42,175 nt of DNA from a candidate division WOR-3 bacterium (GTDB lineage: Bacteria > Hydrothermota > Tepidihabitantia > SM23-42 > JAOAFX01). The first letter of the stretch is position 1. Every line of letters starts with the position of its first letter. Position numbers and translations under genes: made by a program. The notes beneath the pieces were generated by a model that saw only the letters and a program-made list of their open reading frames with translations, did no database searches and was not told the DNA's origin. Of the stretch, positions 36,963 through 42,175 are shown in pieces. Where the stretch lies: positions 1-42,175 of the forward strand of contig JBDRWA010000003.1 in the NCBI GenBank assembly GCA_039802145.1, read 5' to 3'.

Positions 36963-39083
36963 TTATCTTTCTGATAAATTTAAACCGAGTTTTTCCATAA
37001 TAAAAGACCAAACATCAACATCTTCGTCAATCTGTTCAGAAAGTGTTGTTCCACCACCATGACCAGCATATCTGCGCACAATAAGCAGAATTGGTTCTTT
37101 ACCGCTCTGATTTTCTTGGACCTTTGCTGCCATCTTCATTGCGTGCATTGGATGGCATCTTGGATCATTATCGCTTGCTTCAAAAAGAACCGCAGGATAT
37201 TTACACCTTTTGACATTGTGATACGGCGAATATTTAATTAAGTATTCAAATTGTTCCGGATTATCAGCACTACCATATTCTTCTGCCCAGATATTCGCAT
37301 AACTCAATTTATGATACCTGAGCATATCAAGTAAAGGGACACCCACATAGACAACTTTAAATAATTCCGGTGCTTGGACTAAAGCTGCTCCCATAAGAAG
37401 CCCACCATTGCTTGCACCACCAATTGCAAGATGCTTGGGACTTGTGTATCTATTTTCAATGAGATATTTTGCTGCATATATAAAATCATCAAAGACATTC
37501 TGTTTTTTATCAAGCATCCCTGCCTTATGCCATTCATCGCCGAATTCTCCACCTCCACGCAGATTCGGAATTGCGATCATCCCTCCGGATTCAAGAAAAA
37601 CCGCATAGTTTGTTGAAAAATAAGGTCCCACCGATATTTTGAACCCCCCATAGCCGGTTAAATAAGTCGGATTTTTCCCATTATTTTGTATATTTTTATG
37701 ATGCACAAGAAACATTGGAATTTTTGTTTTGTCCTTGGAACTATACCAGACCTGTTCTACAACAAAATCAGATAGGTCAATATCAATAGGCGGACGGTGA
37801 TACATAACCAATCTATCATTTTCAAAATCGTACTTATATATCGTTGGTGGATGTGTAAAAGATGTAAATGATAACCAAACATCTGGTTTTGACCAGTATC
37901 CCCAGACCCAGGCATTGCCAAGGGTTGGTAGTGGCAAATCTCTGATGTATTTCCCTTCAATTGTATAAATCTTTATAATCTTGTAGGCATTATGAGTATA
38001 AACCGCGTAAAGATGTCCACCAATTGCATCTATGTATTCAAGATTATCAGTCGTTTCGGGAATAATTTCTATCCAGTATTTCTTATCTAATTTATCAATT
38101 GTGGTTGAGAATACCCTTCCATTTGGTGCATTGAGGTTAGTTTTGATTATCAAACGTTCATCAACCAATATTATAGTATACTGGGCATCAAATCCTGTAA
38201 CAATTGGTTTCATTGGCTCTTCAGAATCCAACTCTTGAATATAGACTTCATCTTTATAGAACATCGAACGGTAAAAAAGAATGTATTTGCCATCTTCGGT
38301 AACAACTGCATTGTGGAAATATTCTTTTATCTCAGTATGAAAAAATATCTTTTTATCTTCGGAACCCGGCGTGCCAAGTCTATGTAAATACACAGCATCC
38401 CAGTAGTTTTCTTCACCCTCAGGTACAGTCCCTTTCAGCGGATTTGCAGTGTAATAAAAGCCTGAATTGTCAGGAAGCCAGGATATTCCACTCTGACGCC
38501 AGCCCTGAAGCGAATCAGGTAAGATGCTACCTGTTTCTACATCCATAATTTTTATAATTGGATTTTCTTTTCCTGCATCTTCAATTCCATAAGCAACGTA
38601 CTTACCGTCGCGTGATGGATAGACAGCTCCAAGTGTTTTTAACCCCCATTGGTTGGGGTCGAGCAAAAGGACTGGTTCTGTTGTTTCATTCTCTTTTGTA
38701 TAATATGCCCATCTCTCCCATCCTTTTTTTATTGCGGAATAAAAAATTCTTTCACCAACCAAGACTTTATGCGGCGCGGATTCATCATCGTATCGTCTTA
38801 ATTCAGTAAACCTTTTCTTTAGCCATTCCCGGTGAGAAATTTTATTAAGAAATGCCCGCGATAATCTATTCTGCGCTTCAACCCATTCTTTAACTTTGTG
38901 ATCATTGAAATCTTCTAACCATTGATATTCATCAATAATAATTTTACCATAAAATGTATCTTCAACTGGATTCTTTTTAGTCTCAGGATAGATTATTTTC
39001 GTATATTTCATAGTACACATAAATGCCATTAAAAAAAAAGCATAAAAACCAAATATATAGGGCTTTTTCGCACTATTTTTCAA
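36963..39083 (-). CDS. Prolyl oligopeptidase (S9A), probably exported
   Basis: DEYQWLED, GYGGF, NLRGGGEFG, KQNVFDDF, GASNGGLL, DPRC, GHG catalytic motifs; hydrophobic N-terminus. Confidence 0.95.
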   Translation of the reverse strand: MKNSAKKPYIFGFYAFFLMAFMCTMKYTKIIYPETKKNPVEDTFYGKIIIDEYQWLEDFNDHKVKEWVEAQNRLSRAFLNKISHREWLKKRFTELRRYDDESAPHKVLVGERIFYSAIKKGWERWAYYTKENETTEPVLLLDPNQWGLKTLGAVYPSRDGKYVAYGIEDAGKENPIIKIMDVETGSILPDSLQGWRQSGISWLPDNSGFYYTANPLKGTVPEGEENYWDAVYLHRLGTPGSEDKKIFFHTEIKEYFHNAVVTEDGKYILFYRSMFYKDEVYIQELDSEEPMKPIVTGFDAQYTIILVDERLIIKTNLNAPNGRVFSTTIDKLDKKYWIEIIPETTDNLEYIDAIGGHLYAVYTHNAYKIIKIYTIEGKYIRDLPLPTLGNAWVWGYWSKPDVWLSFTSFTHPPTIYKYDFENDRLVMYHRPPIDIDLSDFVVEQVWYSSKDKTKIPMFLVHHKNIQNNGKNPTYLTGYGGFKISVGPYFSTNYAVFLESGGMIAIPNLRGGGEFGDEWHKAGMLDKKQNVFDDFIYAAKYLIENRYTSPKHLAIGGASNGGLLMGAALVQAPELFKVVYVGVPLLDMLRYHKLSYANIWAEEYGSADNPEQFEYLIKYSPYHNVKRCKYPAVLFEASDNDPRCHPMHAMKMAAKVQENQSGKEPILLIVRRYAGHGGGTTLSEQIDEDVDVWSFIMEKLGLNLSER

Positions 39084-40410
39084 CTTTTTCTAAGGTAAAC
39101 TCACCGACTGCAGAAAATTCCTCACCACTTAAAAGGTCGGTGGTACGTGCCACGATTATATAATTACCCGCAGGTAAATCCATTGGATGGTATTTGGCTC
39201 CTATGTATGCAACATCCCCGCCACTACTTCCAGTCTGGGTCATAATATCAACTATCTCCTTCCGCATTTTCTCTTTATTGTAGATCTCATAATCGGTCTT
39301 TAATAAATATTGCCCTTCTTGCATTTTTAAATTATAGACTTCATGGTAAACATAAAATGGCGTAGAAATCGGCAGGACCGGATGAACAAGCGGCATAACC
39401 CTTCCCACTGGTTTATAGAATTTCTCATCACACATTGATTCATCAATCAATTTCCCAAATACCAGGTCACTTATCTTCTTTGCATCATCCTTATAATCAA
39501 GCAAATCAGCAGAAAACTCTTTTTTCCCACTCTCTTTTGTCTTAAGGTTAGTATATTCTATTACCACCTTATATTTCTGAGGCGGCAACCATAAATTGAG
39601 TTCATCATAAAAATATTCTTTTTCCCCACTTACTGGCACTAAGATACTATTTTTTTCAGTTATAATACTATCTGACTGATTATATATCTGTGCTCTCCGC
39701 AACAACCTGCAATTCAGTGTATCATCAATAAAAAGCTGTGCATATATCTCCAGTCTCACAAGTTCTTTCCTCTGCCTGAAACGACCAAATGATACATTAA
39801 AATTTAACTTACCTGAAGGGATAATTTCAGAAATTATCTGACTGAGTGTATCTTCTCGTAGATACGGTATAATTACATTTTCTCCAAATTGACTCCGGGC
39901 AATTATCTTATAAGCGCGAGCAAGCCTAATAAAATCAAACTCAATTCCTTCATTTTTGTAAGTCCATATCTCTGCGGGCCTGACATATTCCTTGGTCACA
40001 ATACCAACTTTTTTCTCAGGCGTAATAACATACCGTCTTGTGGGATTTCCATATTTCACATATACTGGGATACGGTCATCACTCAGCGGGGCATGTTTTC
40101 CAAATTCCTTAAATGCATATTCTGACCTTTTTTCAAACTCCCGATGCTCATCATCTCTGCCCTGCCAGTACTGGTCATAGAAAATTTTTCTTTCTGTTGC
40201 TGAAGGAAGATTGAGATATTTATCAGCAGCAATTGAGTCAATACCCCGTAAACCCAAATATAACTTACGCTCTTTTTCTAAGAGGCGATAATATTTTGCG
40301 CCGAGAATATTACCAGCACATGCTAATGCCAAGAATAGAAAATACAATAAAAATTTCCTATATCTATGAAGATAGAAACCTTTCATTTTTCTAAAAACGA
40401 TGCCTATCAT
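39073..40410 (-). CDS. GWxTD-like domain lipoprotein (GWxTD-like N-terminal, beta-sandwich C-terminal)
   Basis: LALAC lipobox; FYDQYW..EFEKRSEYAFKEF..SDDRIPVYVKYGNP..EIWTY resembles GWxTD domains; AGGAGG RBS. Confidence 0.65.
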   Translation of the reverse strand: MIGIVFRKMKGFYLHRYRKFLLYFLFLALACAGNILGAKYYRLLEKERKLYLGLRGIDSIAADKYLNLPSATERKIFYDQYWQGRDDEHREFEKRSEYAFKEFGKHAPLSDDRIPVYVKYGNPTRRYVITPEKKVGIVTKEYVRPAEIWTYKNEGIEFDFIRLARAYKIIARSQFGENVIIPYLREDTLSQIISEIIPSGKLNFNVSFGRFRQRKELVRLEIYAQLFIDDTLNCRLLRRAQIYNQSDSIITEKNSILVPVSGEKEYFYDELNLWLPPQKYKVVIEYTNLKTKESGKKEFSADLLDYKDDAKKISDLVFGKLIDESMCDEKFYKPVGRVMPLVHPVLPISTPFYVYHEVYNLKMQEGQYLLKTDYEIYNKEKMRKEIVDIMTQTGSSGGDVAYIGAKYHPMDLPAGNYIIVARTTDLLSGEEFSAVGEFTLEKVEK

Positions 40411-40440
40411 AAAACCTCCTTTTAATTAACCAGACATTTC

Positions 40441-41655
40441 TCACTCAGTAAGTTTTGAAACCCCAATCAATTCAAAGGTTCCATCGTTATTTATATCTTT
40501 GAATATTACCTGGAGTCCTTTTAATTCATAAACCCAAACAACCTGTGGTTCACTTATATGTGAACCATATAAAACCTCGGACCTTTTTGGCGGTGGCATC
40601 ACATAACTGCGAACTTCATCGGGCGGACCATTGATAATATAATATTTACCCATTGGTGTATCACGTCCCCTTATAAAGGGGGTTGAAAATTTTCTATCTG
40701 CTTCAAGTACCCTTGTTTCAAATTCTTTATAGTTCCTTTTTGACCAGAATTTTTTAAGATAAAGTTTTTTCTCTTCCTTGCTCATTTTGAGAAATTTTTT
40801 ATATTCTTTTTCTGAAATAAGATACTTAATCTCCCAGGCAAGTGGTTCATCAGTTATATCTGGCAATGATTCAATAATCTTAAATCTGGATTTTTTTTGC
40901 ACCTTCACATTTAATGTTGGTTCAACTATCTCAACTGAAATTGTATATTCACCCGCAGAAAAATTTTCTAAGAGTATAGATAGTGTATCAAATTGGGTAC
41001 AATCGTATTTAAGGCGTTTGAATGAATTGTCATAAATTATTCTGCGTTTATCATCTTTTATCTGATAATGAACTCCATAAAATAAACTGTCCGGTACAAG
41101 TCCATAGATTTCTGTATAGCAGAAGAGAATATCCCTGTTAGAATATTCGGGCTTAATTAATGGGATCAACTCAACACCCTTGCGATAAAAACCTTTATTC
41201 TTACGGATATTACCGGATAACAATAAATCACTCGTATAAAACAGAGCAGTGTCAGGTAGAACCTCTATCCTCCCTTTTTTTCTAATCATTTCCCCACCAG
41301 ACGCAATTTCAAAATAAAAAGAGAAATTTCCTGATGGAAGATAAAGTGGGAAGTAATCAAAAATGTAATTTTCCTTATTAGAAGTATTTTTTATTATTGT
41401 ATATTTTTCACCCTCCTTCAATACAGAATCATTTTTTTCAATATAAACTACAAACCGGTATAAATAGTGTTTCACTATAGAATCAGCCGGTGCGGATAGT
41501 TCATCAATCGAAAAAATATTTTCAGCAGGGATTTTATACCAGAATTCACAATATCCTTCTTCAAATTGATAAAGCGCAGTCTCTATTCCTGAATTTATTT
41601 GATTCTGAAAAATTAAATATAAAATAAGATGGCATAGATAAATTACTATCTCCAT
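40441..41655 (-). CDS. GWxTD-like domain protein (beta-sandwich N-terminal, GWxTD-like C-terminal)
   Basis: IKYLISEKE, KKFWSKR..RVLEADRKFS..GRDTPMGKYYIINGPPD..VWVY; SDLLL and YTEIYGL motifs. Confidence 0.72.
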   Translation of the reverse strand: MEIVIYLCHLILYLIFQNQINSGIETALYQFEEGYCEFWYKIPAENIFSIDELSAPADSIVKHYLYRFVVYIEKNDSVLKEGEKYTIIKNTSNKENYIFDYFPLYLPSGNFSFYFEIASGGEMIRKKGRIEVLPDTALFYTSDLLLSGNIRKNKGFYRKGVELIPLIKPEYSNRDILFCYTEIYGLVPDSLFYGVHYQIKDDKRRIIYDNSFKRLKYDCTQFDTLSILLENFSAGEYTISVEIVEPTLNVKVQKKSRFKIIESLPDITDEPLAWEIKYLISEKEYKKFLKMSKEEKKLYLKKFWSKRNYKEFETRVLEADRKFSTPFIRGRDTPMGKYYIINGPPDEVRSYVMPPPKRSEVLYGSHISEPQVVWVYELKGLQVIFKDINNDGTFELIGVSKLTE

Positions 41656-41663
41656 TTACACTA

Positions 41664-41691
41664 ATTATATATGTGTCATGAGCAATGTCAA
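41664..41691 (-). promoter_or_regulatory. Promoter TTGACA-16-TATAAT, 8 nt upstream of ATG 41655 (leaderless)
   Basis: Perfect hexamers; no SD. Confidence 0.78.
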
Positions 41692-41818
41692 GAAAAAAAT
41701 CTTTAGATTATCTTAATATCTATTTACCAAATTCACCGCAAAAATCCCTGTTTATAAATATGGTTGAAGGTAGCCCTTTGAATTTGGCTAAATGACTTAA
41801 TAACTACCCAACAAAGTA

Positions 41819-41846
41819 TTGATTTTTTTTAAAATTTAAATATAAT
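41819..41846 (+). promoter_or_regulatory. Promoter TTGATT-16-TATAAT, 7 nt upstream of the atpB ATG (leaderless)
   Basis: Read directly; no SD. Confidence 0.72.
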
Positions 41847-41853
41847 CTTTCCT

Positions 41854-42175
41854 ATGCATATATCCATTGCAGCTGAAGAATTATTCAGGATAGGAAACTT
41901 CCCGGTAACAAATTCTCTTATCGTTACCTATCTTACAATTCTATTATTTGTAATCATCATCATTCTGGTGAAAAGGCGTATCATTCCGGTTGGTATTCAG
42001 AATGTCGTGGAATATATAATGGAATATTTTTATAACCTTGTCTGTGAGGTCTTTGGTAGCGAAGAAAAAGGCAGGAAGTTCTTCCCTCTGGTGATGACGA
42101 TATTTTTGTTTGTTTTGATAATAAACTGGTTCGGACTTCTACCAGGTGTTGGTTCTATCGGGTTTTACCGGGAAA
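41854..42175 (+). CDS. atpB: F0F1 ATP synthase subunit a, truncated by window end
   Basis: Absent from ORF track. MHISIAAEELFRIGNFPVTNS..IPVGIQNVVEYIME..FFPLVMTIFLFVLIINWFGLLPGVG. Confidence 0.92.
   Translation, partial: MHISIAAEELFRIGNFPVTNSLIVTYLTILLFVIIIILVKRRIIPVGIQNVVEYIMEYFYNLVCEVFGSEEKGRKFFPLVMTIFLFVLIINWFGLLPGVGSIGFYRE

Noticed and set aside
3758-41035. Numerous 60-170 aa ORFs antisense to or nested in recognised genes
   Set aside because: No motifs or RBS and fully overlapping well-supported CDSs; expected shadow ORFs.

Overview
Gene-dense, low-GC chromosomal segment of a diderm bacterium. BamD, GWxTD-like proteins, the rplM-rpsI-rpsB-tsf-pyrH-frr order and divIVA-PNP adjacency suggest an FCB-superphylum lineage such as candidate phylum WOR-3 (inference only). 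It holds about 45 CDSs, mostly housekeeping and envelope genes. No tRNA, rRNA, CRISPR array or mobile element was recognised. Two edge-truncated genes missing from the ORF track were recovered: an alpha-2-macroglobulin (1..2238, -) and atpB (41854..end, +). Main observations: (1) a translationally coupled operon of hutU, two permease-less family-5 solute-binding proteins, a HAMP histidine kinase, a stand-alone receiver and a degenerate-GGDEF/EAL protein, which may be an undescribed periplasmic-sensing c-di-GMP circuit; (2) all 11 consensus-matching sigma70-type promoters found upstream of transcription units have a 16-bp spacer, and 7 appear to give leaderless mRNAs; (3) an hsp20-degP operon ends in an alternative sigma factor with an RpoH-like region 2.4; (4) manC appears to start at ATT; (5) 7-8 bp tandem repeats lie at coupled junctions in front of lipoprotein signal peptides, several of which have non-canonical lipoboxes; (6) two GWxTD-like proteins with mirror-image domain order are coupled to a prolyl oligopeptidase.
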